A stretch of DNA of 64,000 nt from a virus (Duplodnaviria > Caudoviricetes), in the IMG/VR virus record IMGVR_UViG_3300028886_001681, positions 32,001-96,000 of that record; one strand, given 5' to 3'. The position numbers and the translations under genes were made by a program. The notes beneath the pieces are model-generated. The model searched no databases. It saw only the letters and a program-made list of their open reading frames with translations, and was not told the origin of the DNA. Shown piece by piece: positions 29,367 through 38,023 of this stretch; position 1 is the first letter of the stretch, and every line of letters starts with the position of its first letter.

Positions 29367-30586
29367 TTATCTCTCCTTTCAGATACATAATCATTCAAAT
29401 CATAAGCGTTTTGTTCAAAATGTTCAAACGCATCAAATAAATCATCTTTCTTTAAAATTTTGACATTATTGACAATCATACAGTTTTGTTTTTCAATCAA
29501 CAATTCATTTTTATTATAAGGATTGATTAATTCACCTTTTTCGTTAAAAAAATGGTCGCCTTTTATTTCAACCAATTCTCCATTTATCAAAAAATCAGGT
29601 TCGTATGAGTGTACTTTTCCATCTATTTCATAAGTTATGTTGGTTTTGGGATGAAAAATAAAATCAATTTTATTATCTTTCAGATACATATAATAAATTA
29701 ATTCCCACGAACTATCAAATTTATTATTATCATATTCGAATTTATATTGATTCCATTGCTTTCCGTATTTTTCGATACATGTTTTTCTTATTTTATCTCT
29801 AACCCATTCTAATTTATTAATATTATCTACTCCATATTTCGCTAATGAAGATTCCGCTTTATGTTGTTTTACAACATCGCTTGAATTTGGACTTTCGACT
29901 CCGTATTTCAATAGGCTAGTTTGTTTGGTTTTTTCTTTATAATCTTTCGTTCCTAAATATTCTTCACTTCCATATTTAATTAGATTTGTTTGTTTTTTCT
30001 TTTTTTTAAATTCCTCAACTTGGCTCACATTTTCAATATTGTTGCCATAGCGACTTTTTAATGTATTTTTAGTGTGCTCTTTCATAATTTCAGATTGAGT
30101 TGTATATTCAACTCCGTATTTTTTAAGATTTGTTTCTTTGGTTTTTTTCATTTTTAATTCATTGAAATTTTCCAAAGAACCATATTTTTCAATAATGGTT
30201 TTATTTCTTTTTTCGGCGGAAATTTTATTAAAATTTTCCAAAGAGCCAAAACGCTCGATTATTTTATTTTTGCGATTTTTTATATTTTTTTCAGTATTCA
30301 TTGTACACGAAACCCCATATTTTGTTAAATTTGTTTCTTTTGCTTTATCGGCATTTACATAATTTTCATTTCCATATTTTAATAATTTAGTATGTTTTAC
30401 TGAACAAACCATACATCGAGAAATATTATTTCTATTTTTTATATTTTTTGCAAATTTTGAAAATGGTTTTCCACAAACGCAACAAAGACCTTCAAACATT
30501 ATGTTTGATGATTTTTTAAACAAAATATCATCGTTTACAATATCATTTATATTCGATGAAGTTATTGTGATAATATTATATTCCAT
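29363..30586 (-). CDS. putative homing endonuclease (KETNL.KYG repeats, C-terminal PD-(D/E)xK-like nuclease)
   Basis: Many T...KYGV repeats; DSSWE...YEPDF...VEIKG; very AT-rich. Confidence 0.75.
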   Translation of the reverse strand: MEYNIITITSSNINDIVNDDILFKKSSNIMFEGLCCVCGKPFSKFAKNIKNRNNISRCMVCSVKHTKLLKYGNENYVNADKAKETNLTKYGVSCTMNTEKNIKNRKNKIIERFGSLENFNKISAEKRNKTIIEKYGSLENFNELKMKKTKETNLKKYGVEYTTQSEIMKEHTKNTLKSRYGNNIENVSQVEEFKKKKKQTNLIKYGSEEYLGTKDYKEKTKQTSLLKYGVESPNSSDVVKQHKAESSLAKYGVDNINKLEWVRDKIRKTCIEKYGKQWNQYKFEYDNNKFDSSWELIYYMYLKDNKIDFIFHPKTNITYEIDGKVHSYEPDFLINGELVEIKGDHFFNEKGELINPYNKNELLIEKQNCMIVNNVKILKKDDLFDAFEHFEQNAYDLNDYVSERRDK

Positions 30587-30598
30587 TCAATCCTCCAA

Positions 30599-31063
30599 TC
30601 AAAAGTCGTCGTCGAACATCGAAGGCTCGACATAATCGACCCCGATTTTCCAACCGTGAAGTTTGGCCATGTTGAGCAAGGTTTCCTTCTTGTAACCTGT
30701 CGCCTTGGACAAGGACGGAATTTTGTTGCTTTCATACAACCTTCGCTCGTCCAAAATTTCTTGCGGTATGTCGCTAGCCCTAACAGTCACCTCGCATATG
30801 TCGAACAAGGTTTCCCTATACTTTTTCAACTCATTGAACTCAATCTTGAAGTCCAACTCGTTGAGCACTTCGTCTCTCTTGGCTCTCTTCTTGCGATAAA
30901 CCTTCCATTCCTCGAAGTCCTCCGTCAAGAACTCCACATCCGCGTCCTCTATGGCGGATAAAAGAATTGCAGAAGCCAACTGCTTTATGTTTTGCAAACT
31001 CGCCGACTCTAAGGCGATGTCCATGTATGGCGTTATTTGTTTCGTTCGCTCGCTCTTTTTCAT
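30599..31063 (-). CDS. hypothetical protein
   Basis: Start moved to MKKSE. Confidence 0.6.
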   Translation of the reverse strand: MKKSERTKQITPYMDIALESASLQNIKQLASAILLSAIEDADVEFLTEDFEEWKVYRKKRAKRDEVLNELDFKIEFNELKKYRETLFDICEVTVRASDIPQEILDERRLYESNKIPSLSKATGYKKETLLNMAKLHGWKIGVDYVEPSMFDDDF

Positions 31064-31500
31064 TCGCCAATCTCCGCGTGGTACTTCACGCTCTCGTCCG
31101 TCAATTCGACCAACTTTTTGAAATCCTTTTCGTCCAACTCGTTCTTGGCCTCGATGTAGAACCGCCAAAGCCAATGCTCCTTTTCCCTTTGGTTGCTCTC
31201 CTTTTCGTTTCTGTCGTACATGTTGACTTTCGCCAAAGAGCGTTTTAGACAAGCCATGGCGGTCTTGTACTTGGCCATTTGCTTGAAGAAGTTCTTGGAG
31301 TTCAACTCCTCTTCGTTCTCCGCTTGGTAGCGCATTCTCTTGGCGGACACCTCTTCGATGTTGCATTGCAAGTCTTGCTTCAACTGTTTCAGTTGCTCGC
31401 GCGTCATTTCAGACAAGTCCTCGTCGGAATAGACGATTTCCTCCCTCCCAATCCTAACTTTAACCATTTTGTCGTTTCCTCCAAATTTTTTATATTTCAT
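31060..31500 (-). CDS. coiled-coil hypothetical protein
   Basis: ORF in array; start MKYKK or MVKVR. Confidence 0.6.
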   Translation of the reverse strand: MKYKKFGGNDKMVKVRIGREEIVYSDEDLSEMTREQLKQLKQDLQCNIEEVSAKRMRYQAENEEELNSKNFFKQMAKYKTAMACLKRSLAKVNMYDRNEKESNQREKEHWLWRFYIEAKNELDEKDFKKLVELTDESVKYHAEIGE

Positions 31501-31517
31501 CCGAGCCTCTTGTCGGT

Positions 31518-31691
31518 TCAAGCGTTCGGATTGTTTCTCATGCAATCGCTGATTCTTTTGACTTCCACAATCTTGTTGTTGGGAAACTTCTTCCTAGCCT
31601 CTAGTTCCGCGCAATATCCGTCGGCAGTCACACAGACATATTCGGAAGGCTTTCCGCTTTCGTCAACCATTTCGACTTTATACTTATACAT
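31518..31691 (-). CDS. small hypothetical protein
   Basis: MYKYKVEM start with GGAGG RBS inside the TopIB 3' end. Confidence 0.55.
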   Translation of the reverse strand: MYKYKVEMVDESGKPSEYVCVTADGYCAELEARKKFPNNKIVEVKRISDCMRNNPNA

Positions 31692-32406
31692 TGGGGTATT
31701 TCCTCCAATAATCGGAAGGCACATTGTTAGCCCAAACATTGAATCTTTCGACCAAAGACTTGGAATAAATCGTCGTAGGCTCGTGGTTCGTATCCTTGCA
31801 CAATGAATATGCCACTTTCGGATTTGAGTAGTTTGTCATCGCGGTATTCAAAGCGATGTTTCTGTTTTCCGAATTGGATTTGGCCAATTTCTTAATGTCC
31901 TTGAATTTCTGTTCCGCCCCCTTCAACTTGTCGTTCAATTCTTTTCTTTGAGCGGATATTTCGCTCAATTTCTCCTTGAGAAGTTTTCCGTCAAGGCAAG
32001 ATTTGTAGTCGGATTCTAGTCCGTCAAGTTTCGCCAATTTTTTCTCTATTGAATTTTTGGACTTGTCGAACGAAGCCTTCGCTTTCTTGGTTTTGTTTTT
32101 CGTGGATTCGTCAATTTTTTCGTTTTGCTCTTTGGTTAGCGTTTTCTTATGGTTGAGTTTAATCGTGACCACTTTAGCGCAATCCATGTATTGATTCTTG
32201 AACTGTTTGTCGGTCAGATTGCTCCAATCTCTCTTTTGAATTTCTTCCGCAAGCAAAGATGTGCCGAAATAAGTTCTGAATGTTTTTGCTGTTGCGAACT
32301 CATATTTATTTTTTATTGTTTCCAATAACGAATCGTCAATTTCAAATTTATCGACCGATAGCAAGTTCTTCAAGCGTTTTGGTAATTTTGTCATAATTAT
32401 AAGCAT
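31684..32406 (-). CDS. DNA topoisomerase IB, C-terminal part (linker and catalytic Tyr)
   Basis: AKTFRTY, KLNH, coiled-coil linker, ALNTAMTNYSNPK; AAGGAGGG RBS 5 nt before ATG at 32406. Confidence 0.88.
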   Translation of the reverse strand: MLIIMTKLPKRLKNLLSVDKFEIDDSLLETIKNKYEFATAKTFRTYFGTSLLAEEIQKRDWSNLTDKQFKNQYMDCAKVVTIKLNHKKTLTKEQNEKIDESTKNKTKKAKASFDKSKNSIEKKLAKLDGLESDYKSCLDGKLLKEKLSEISAQRKELNDKLKGAEQKFKDIKKLAKSNSENRNIALNTAMTNYSNPKVAYSLCKDTNHEPTTIYSKSLVERFNVWANNVPSDYWRKYPNV

Positions 32407-33292
32407 ATTTGCCCTCCTTAATATTATTATATACTGTTTGTGTGTATTCGTCAAAATAATTTTTATAAACTTTTATAAAATCATTCCAAGCAATATCAAT
32501 GTTAAATTTATTATATAAAAATTGTTGTAATGCTTTATTTGATTTTATTTTTAATTTTACTTTTTCATTTTTAGCGATGTTTTTTTCACCCTTCATGGAA
32601 TCACTTCGTATTTTTTTACTTTCTTCAGTGATTCCATTTTTGCGTTTTTCAGAATAAATTTTTTTATCTCCATCGGATAAAGAATCCCAAAACATTTTAT
32701 TTTTTTCAGATTTATTTTTCTTTTCTTTTTCATTCCAATGTTTCCCTTTCATTGGATTGATATAATTTTTTTGTTTTGCTAATTTTTTATGAGTTTTGCT
32801 TGATTTTTCTTTCAATTCATTTGTCCACATTTCTTTAACTTTTTGTTTATGAAAATCTTTAACTTTTTCAAAGCCATCTCTTTGATGTTGTCTTAATGTA
32901 TCGAATTCTTCTTTTGATAAAGATTTATACCATGATTTTGTAGATTGAGATTTTTTTAATTTTTGTTCATCAGTTATATATAAATTATAATTAGATTCCC
33001 CACCTTCGGTCATGTTGTATCCAAAATTTAAATCATTGGAATGAAAAAGTTTAATTAATCTTTTTTCCCAATAATTTAAGTCATAAGTTTCAATTAATAT
33101 TTCAAAAGAAAAATTTTTAACGCCATATTTTCTTATTGCTTTATGAATATAACAATCATCTTTTGAATTTATATGAGAAATCCATCTATTGTGAATATCA
33201 ATTGATTGACCGATATAAACTTTATGATTTATGAGATTTTCAATTTTATAAATTCCACTAATATGATTATTATATATTTTATGTCTACTCAT
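32348..33292 (-). CDS. GIY-YIG homing endonuclease inserted in the TopIB gene
   Basis: SGIYKI.N.IN.KVYIGQS..I..RW..H, GYN...GG; AT-rich; overlaps both TopIB parts. Confidence 0.92.
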   Translation of the reverse strand: MSRHKIYNNHISGIYKIENLINHKVYIGQSIDIHNRWISHINSKDDCYIHKAIRKYGVKNFSFEILIETYDLNYWEKRLIKLFHSNDLNFGYNMTEGGESNYNLYITDEQKLKKSQSTKSWYKSLSKEEFDTLRQHQRDGFEKVKDFHKQKVKEMWTNELKEKSSKTHKKLAKQKNYINPMKGKHWNEKEKKNKSEKNKMFWDSLSDGDKKIYSEKRKNGITEESKKIRSDSMKGEKNIAKNEKVKLKIKSNKALQQFLYNKFNIDIAWNDFIKVYKNYFDEYTQTVYNNIKEGKYAYNYDKITKTLEELAIGR

Positions 33293-34469
33293 TTAAATAA
33301 TCCATTACATTATATTTAACAATCAAACCTATCGCTAATTTAATGTCATTTTCATTTTTAGATAACAATAGTTCGTCAATTTTTATTTTTAAGCATACAT
33401 TATTTAAAAATTCGTTCACATCGTTAGACGATATTTTGTCGAACGCTCTGTCTTTTGGGCTTTTGTCTTTCAAGCATTTTTTCAACGAATCAAAAGCGTC
33501 CTCATCAACTTTCATCGTGTTGTCCATTACCATTGAGTCTTTACCCAAGAAATGCAAACGGACTTTTTTGCTTTCCAACAAAATGATGTTCTCAACTTTA
33601 AGGGTGGACGCTCCGACGACCCCATTGTTCCGTTTGTCCTCGTTGCCCGCTCGTATACCAAATTTAGAGATTATGTAGGCACAACAACCAATTTGCCGTT
33701 TCTTGGCGTTGTCGGACAAGTAAGCGTCTTTTATCGCCTTGGTGACCTTTCTGATGTTTTGTTGCAGAAGCCTAGCATTCTCGAATTTTTCCTCGTCGGA
33801 ATCCGCCTTGAATAAAGACTTGTTGGAAAACCAAATCGCCTTTTGAATCGTGACGCTAGGATTTCCAATCAACCGCTCGGTGTAGGTGGCAATTGAAGAG
33901 GTGTCCTTGAACGACACATCCTTCCATTTGTGAGTTCCGTAATCGCACGGAAACGGATAAGACGAATTGATTGACACATCTTCAGGCATTACATCTTCCA
34001 CAACAAATCCGCTCCATTCGCAAGCACCGCGCCCTATGAATATTCGGCTAGACTCGATTAATGAGTTTCCTATCTCAACCTTCTCTCCGTCAACCAAAGC
34101 GTAGCCGTAGGTTTCCTTCCATTTTTTGTTTTCTTCCGCTATTTCCTTTCTATGTTCTTTATTGTAAAGTTTCTTTTCTTCCGCGTATTTTTCTTTAATC
34201 GCTTTCATTCTTGACAGAACCGTTTCGAAGTCGGACGGAAATTTCAATTCCTTCTGTTCCTTCGTCAGTTCCGTTTTTAATGACTTATAAAAATTCTTTT
34301 GGTAGACATTTTCGCTTTTGTATTTGTCCGCCAAAGTAGACCACATGAAGAGCCATTTCACCGCTCGATATGACAATCTCATTTTATTCTCGTTGGAATA
34401 ATATTCGTCAATGTAGGGTAATTCCTTGGGGAATTTCACGCACCCTTCAATTAATTTGAGTTCTTTCAT
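33285..34469 (-). CDS. DNA topoisomerase IB, N-terminal/core part
   Basis: YGYALVDG...IGN...F.GRG...PEDVSIN; KFE.AR; GIRAGNE; GASTL; FLGKDS. Confidence 0.9.
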   Translation of the reverse strand: MKELKLIEGCVKFPKELPYIDEYYSNENKMRLSYRAVKWLFMWSTLADKYKSENVYQKNFYKSLKTELTKEQKELKFPSDFETVLSRMKAIKEKYAEEKKLYNKEHRKEIAEENKKWKETYGYALVDGEKVEIGNSLIESSRIFIGRGACEWSGFVVEDVMPEDVSINSSYPFPCDYGTHKWKDVSFKDTSSIATYTERLIGNPSVTIQKAIWFSNKSLFKADSDEEKFENARLLQQNIRKVTKAIKDAYLSDNAKKRQIGCCAYIISKFGIRAGNEDKRNNGVVGASTLKVENIILLESKKVRLHFLGKDSMVMDNTMKVDEDAFDSLKKCLKDKSPKDRAFDKISSNDVNEFLNNVCLKIKIDELLLSKNENDIKLAIGLIVKYNVMDYLNE

Positions 34470-34478
34470 ATGTTTTCC

Positions 34479-34853
34479 TTAAAATTGATTTCCGTTTTCG
34501 TCCAAGAAGTTGGACATGAAGTAAACGACAGGCACCAAATGAACCGAGGCCACGCTCTTCCATTCCGACAACTCGACATTCCAACAGTCCGCGAACCGCA
34601 AGCCTCTGAACACCCACTTCGTTCCGTTGGCGTCTATGGCGAAGACCTCTCCGTTCGACGAGTATAGCCTAGAGAACAACCTCTGAACCAACTCTTCCTT
34701 GGGGCACTCGTCATGGTAACGTTTGTGCTCGATTCTGTCCTTTCCGTTGAAAATCACTCTGTCCAAGTAGTCCGTTCCGCTCTTTATCAAGTTTCCGCAC
34801 TTTAGGCACACATAGTCCTTCTTGGCAGTCCTTACGATGATGGAATCGCTCAT
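34479..34853 (-). CDS. Zn-binding hypothetical protein
   Basis: RTAKKDYVCLKC...YHDEC; first gene after promoter. Confidence 0.65.
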   Translation of the reverse strand: MSDSIIVRTAKKDYVCLKCGNLIKSGTDYLDRVIFNGKDRIEHKRYHDECPKEELVQRLFSRLYSSNGEVFAIDANGTKWVFRGLRFADCWNVELSEWKSVASVHLVPVVYFMSNFLDENGNQF

Positions 34854-34889
34854 AATTCTTCCCTCGTTTTTTCTTTGTTCGTTTTAAGA

Positions 34890-34918
34890 ATTATAGCATG
34901 TATTGCTCGCTTTGTCAA
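34890..34918 (-). promoter_or_regulatory. sigma70-type promoter (extended -10) for the topoisomerase/thyX/clpP operon
   Basis: TTGACA-N17-TATAAT with TG extension. Confidence 0.85.
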
Positions 34919-34928
34919 GGAAAAAATG

Positions 34929-35217
34929 AAAAAAAAATCCACCCATGTTGTGGGTGGAGTCCGATGTGATTGCGTCACTTTGAGCGTTCGTTTTACACAC
35001 ACTCGCTTGCAAGAAACTAGGTTCTTGGTGGTTCTCCTTTTGTTCAAAGGCATACTTTTGGTAACTACCACTTATGTTTTCTCTTTTGTTCTTATCGCCA
35101 CCACATCCCACAATGCTTGTGATGGCTAAGTCAGAACACACTTCCGCTTTTTCAAGAGCAGTAACTCAGACAAACCCACTTGGGTTAGAACAATGTGAAT
35201 TTGTTATTTCCGACCGT
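34929..35217 (-). ncRNA. candidate ~290-nt structured ncRNA
   Basis: TAACTATTT upstream, many stems, ends in TCCACCCA/TGGGTGGA terminator plus U tract; no credible ORF. Confidence 0.55.
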
Positions 35218-35232
35218 TTCTTAAATAGTTAG

Positions 35233-35760
35233 GGTTGGAAACATCGGTTAGTTTATCACGATGGTTTTTATAGAGAATATCAATCGGCAAGAGATGAAAT
35301 AAAATCCTATTTATCTCCATTGCTTCAAGATTTAGCAATAGAACAAAGTTGCCGCATAGATGAATTAAAACTTTATGTGATTGGCTTTTCTTTGGGTGGT
35401 TCAATTGCACCTATCGCTATGGAAGATTTTTATGAAGTTTATGCTATAAAACCAACATCGATTGCTTTTGAAGGTGCGAATCCGTGTGAAAGTTTACATA
35501 CTAGAAATTATCTGATGAATTGTATGAATCTTGATGAATCTATAGCATTTGTATATTCAAACGATTTTGTTCCAAGATGTGCCCCATTCTTCGGTAAAAA
35601 ATTAAAAGATATTATTTATTATTTAGACGACCATAAATGTAAGTTTCCGTTTTATTTTATAAAGAAGATAATCTCATTCATAAAAGATACAGAGTATTAT
35701 CATACTAGTGTGGATGAGGGTATAAGAAAATATATGCCTACAGAATGGGGATTAAATTAA
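35233..35760 (+). pseudogene. 5'-truncated paralogue of the class 3 lipase
   Basis: GWKHRL..DGFYREYQSARDEI..GFSLGG aligns with 16003-16818; in-frame TAG at 35230; N-terminal ~70 aa missing. Confidence 0.75.
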
Positions 35761-35911
35761 AAAAAATGTACTCTATTTAATAGGGTACAAATTTTATATA
35801 AATTTGATTTGATTTTTTTATATTTTAACTTATATATTCCAACGCAACGTATGTGCATAAAGGATTGGTTTCTCCCACCCTCTAAAGAGTAGGGAGATTA
35901 ATTTGGTGTGA

Positions 35912-37960
35912 TTACATAGGGTCAATCATCTGTGCCATTGCACAAACAAATCCACCATCATGCAGGAGCGTTCCATATTCTGTTATGCCTTGGATATCTA
36001 TAGTGCCTCCACACTTTACAAATGTAGTAGTAACGTTATTAAATGTTCCAGCTTGTGAAACAGCATTAAATGCATAAACGCCCATCCACGCACCATGGCT
36101 ACTAGATAAGGTCAGTTGTACTCTATAGCGTGTTCCCGCAACACAACCAAACTTCTGTTGAGCGTACCATAACAGACTATCACTCTGTGCAGTCTTAAAG
36201 ACTTTTATTTCATTCTCAGTGACAAGTTTATATATAGGTAGAACAATGCCAGTAGGTTCTACTGTGGTTTTAATTCCCATACCAGTCCATCTACCATACA
36301 CCTTGACATGAGCATAACAATATGACTGCATACCTAGCCATATATGTTTATTATTATCCAACCTAAGTTGTTCAGTAGCCGATGTTTGAGTATCGTTTAA
36401 ATTTACTGCTTTAATATAATTTAAGTCAGCCATAGTTCCACTACAAGAAACTAATATCTTTGACTGACCCCCATCTACTCTACCGTAAGTTATTTCATAG
36501 AATAAAAATGCTTGCGAATTACTTGTAGATGTCGATGTTCCCAAATCAAACCAAGCATAATTATCACCACCAACTGATAATTGATAGTCGCTTAAAGTTA
36601 TATTTGTCAAATTCTCTGTTGTAGTAAGTTTCTGTATAGTCCATGAATCTGATAATGAATAAGTCTTGTATACATAGTATTCTGCTCCTGCTTCAGAACG
36701 TAAATTCCCAATACCATACCAATAGCCTTCTATGCCTATATTAATGCAGATGTCGTAGTCATGCCACAATGCCGTACTTGATAAATAAGCCTTTCCTTTA
36801 TAAAAACCTGTTCCTCTTGTTTTTAAGTCTGCTAAGAGAGCATTCATATCAGTAAAAGTATCTGACGAAAGTATCTTAACACTATTATCCTCTGTAGCAA
36901 GTTTCTTCCAACTAGACCATGTTCCGTTTACCCTTACACGATAATATTGCTCTCCTTCCGTATTAACTGTGTATTGAGCAATGTCGTCAGAAATAGAAGT
37001 TGTGTTTTTACTTTGTACTTGTAAGATGCAGTATGCACTAGGAATGTTAGTACATCCCGTAGTGAGATAATACAATCCTGTAGTGGTGAGTGTATTTGCA
37101 TCAGTATTTGATACTGCGGTGTATGCTTTAATTTTTTCAATATCACTTGTGTTCTGTGCAATAGCACCTTCAACAGTAGAAGCACCTGCAATTGGAGAAG
37201 ATAAATCTTTTTTCTGATAATCAGTAAGGTCAAATGCGTTACCCATGTAGTTGAACAGATAAGTGTCCGCACCTGCCTTGATGATTCCAACGTTATCACC
37301 TATATTGATTGTAAGTCCTGCTCCGTTGATAAACAAAGCACTTGTAGTTCCGCTATCACTCATCGTGTATATATTTCCTACATTATCCTCAATCAATAAA
37401 CTTGATGTAAGTTCTGCACAAGTCAATTCTCCACGAGGAGTGTAGATTGAACTTAAAGCATTATTAATGGCACTGTAAACAGAACCGCTTTCGACCAACT
37501 CATGTGAATTTGGTCTAACCAAGTCAGTAAAATTTTTTCCGCTTGCAGTTCCTAATCCACCTTTAATCTCATCTATAGCATCTTGTACATTAGTTGCAAT
37601 AAGTTCACTTGTAGTGTTATCATAAGAAACATCAGTCGCAGTTGCATTGCTAGGTTGTACGTTCTTTTGAACCCAAGAATATGTCGGTGTAGATTCTCCG
37701 TCAGAAACACATTCATAGAAATAACCATTAACATAAGTTCCCGTACTTCCAATGAATTCGACTATCATGTTTTCATTTTCTGCACTAGCAATAGGCATTG
37801 TGTCAACTTGAATGGAAGAACCACCACTCGAAAGGTCACCATCTTCATAGGCTTGCTGAATGGATTTTGAAGTTCCGTCTATATCTATACCCACATTTTC
37901 TGATTCTACTGCATAGAAATCGTTTGACATGGGTGCGAGAGTGTCTGCAAGTTTAATCAT
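35912..37960 (-). CDS. tail fibre / receptor-binding-like structural protein
   Basis: S/T-rich; NVQDAIDE; DANTLTTTGLYY...WSSWKKL knob-like module; AACTATTT upstream. Confidence 0.7.
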   Translation of the reverse strand: MIKLADTLAPMSNDFYAVESENVGIDIDGTSKSIQQAYEDGDLSSGGSSIQVDTMPIASAENENMIVEFIGSTGTYVNGYFYECVSDGESTPTYSWVQKNVQPSNATATDVSYDNTTSELIATNVQDAIDEIKGGLGTASGKNFTDLVRPNSHELVESGSVYSAINNALSSIYTPRGELTCAELTSSLLIEDNVGNIYTMSDSGTTSALFINGAGLTINIGDNVGIIKAGADTYLFNYMGNAFDLTDYQKKDLSSPIAGASTVEGAIAQNTSDIEKIKAYTAVSNTDANTLTTTGLYYLTTGCTNIPSAYCILQVQSKNTTSISDDIAQYTVNTEGEQYYRVRVNGTWSSWKKLATEDNSVKILSSDTFTDMNALLADLKTRGTGFYKGKAYLSSTALWHDYDICINIGIEGYWYGIGNLRSEAGAEYYVYKTYSLSDSWTIQKLTTTENLTNITLSDYQLSVGGDNYAWFDLGTSTSTSNSQAFLFYEITYGRVDGGQSKILVSCSGTMADLNYIKAVNLNDTQTSATEQLRLDNNKHIWLGMQSYCYAHVKVYGRWTGMGIKTTVEPTGIVLPIYKLVTENEIKVFKTAQSDSLLWYAQQKFGCVAGTRYRVQLTLSSSHGAWMGVYAFNAVSQAGTFNNVTTTFVKCGGTIDIQGITEYGTLLHDGGFVCAMAQMIDPM

Positions 37961-38023
37961 TGTTATTCTCCTATCTATTCAAAATTAAAACAAATCATAA
38001 ATATATCTTATGTAAATAGTTAA

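Noticed and set aside
32300-33400. Split intein or group I intron explaining the TopIB interruption
   Set aside because: The N-part tail contains CLK but has no other intein block. The C-part head lacks a terminal HN followed by C/S/T. The insert is entirely overlapping coding sequence, leaving no space for an intron core.
34929-35217. tmRNA, tRNA, RNase P or IscB omegaRNA identity; short ORFs 34850-35071, 34875-35129 and 34884-35141
   Set aside because: No acceptor stem, T-loop or diagnostic conserved sequences recognised. The ORFs lack an RBS and run through promoter and terminator sequence.
35912-37960. Diversity-generating retroelement targeting the tail fibre
   Set aside because: No reverse transcriptase in the window and no template/variable repeat pair seen.
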